Virus record (IMG/VR): IMGVR_UViG_3300037483_000151
Location: 1 to 42,747 of that record
From: a virus
Lineage: Duplodnaviria > Caudoviricetes
Strand: one strand, 5' to 3'
Length of the DNA: 42,747 nt
A model generated the notes under the pieces. It ran no database searches. It worked only from the letters and a program-made list of their open reading frames with translations, and had not been told where the DNA came from. Made by a program: the position numbers and the translations under genes. Each line of letters starts with the position of its first letter. The first letter of the stretch is position 1. Positions 42,616 through 42,747 of the stretch are shown here, piece by piece.

Positions 42616-42747
42616 GTCGGATGTATTCGCCTGCATCTAGACTCCCTCTGTGCGGCCCTTAGAAGGGGACTGAGCCGCGCTAGTAATTTCCGGGGGGTAA
42701 TCCTAGCGCGGCTCTCCCCCTGCCTCTGATCCGACCCCATATAGGCA
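42616..42747. repeat. Terminal direct repeat (copy 2)
   Basis: Matches 1-132 with one mismatch. Confidence 0.95.

Noticed and set aside
42616-42747. 132-bp terminal repeat as true physical DTR ends
   Set aside because: More likely assembly overlap. It cuts through a structured element in mid-operon, far from terS, and the single mismatch (T42742) lies 6 nt from the contig end and breaks a stem that G127 preserves. Reads would be needed to decide.
1-42747. Stop-codon (TAG) reassignment suggested by abundant CTAG
   Set aside because: Core genes are full length under the standard bacterial code, several end in TAG, and no suppressor tRNA was seen

Overview
Apparently complete, circularly assembled genome (unit length 42,615 bp; positions 1-132 are repeated at 42616-42747) of a siphovirus-like tailed phage that most likely infects an actinomycete. 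It encodes WhiB-like and Lsr2-like proteins and a Streptomyces-prophage-type virion module, although GC looks low for such a host (roughly 50% by eye). The rightward arm (32217 through the contig junction to about 6230) carries Lsr2-like, SNF2 helicase, DGQHR/ParB-like, PD-(D/E)XK nuclease, AAA ATPase, SSB-like, family A DNA polymerase, EndoVII, RuvC-like and WhiB genes. The leftward arm (31601 to 6279) carries small early genes, primase-polymerase, helicase, terminases, portal, ClpP-type protease, HK97-fold capsid, tail genes with a GGGAAAA -1 frameshift, and endolysin. I saw no integrase or repressor. The most unusual content lies below the ORF-track cutoff. (1) Chains of closely spaced, often translationally coupled Cys/His microproteins, including three tandem paralogues with an exact C-x5-H-x2-H-x10-C-x-G motif. 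(2) A conserved start-associated motif (C)GAAAGGCGA before at least 10 genes, whose reverse complement is displayed in the loops of three predicted structured RNAs, suggesting a phage sRNA regulon. (3) Three loci with two long hairpins followed by a tRNA or tRNA-like element, with complementary loops. (4) At least 37 copies of YACCCAGGG dispersed genome-wide. (5) A near-identical HTH in TerS and the helicase, flanking a repeat-rich non-coding region. All functional calls come from motifs and gene context read by eye; no searches or folding programs were run.
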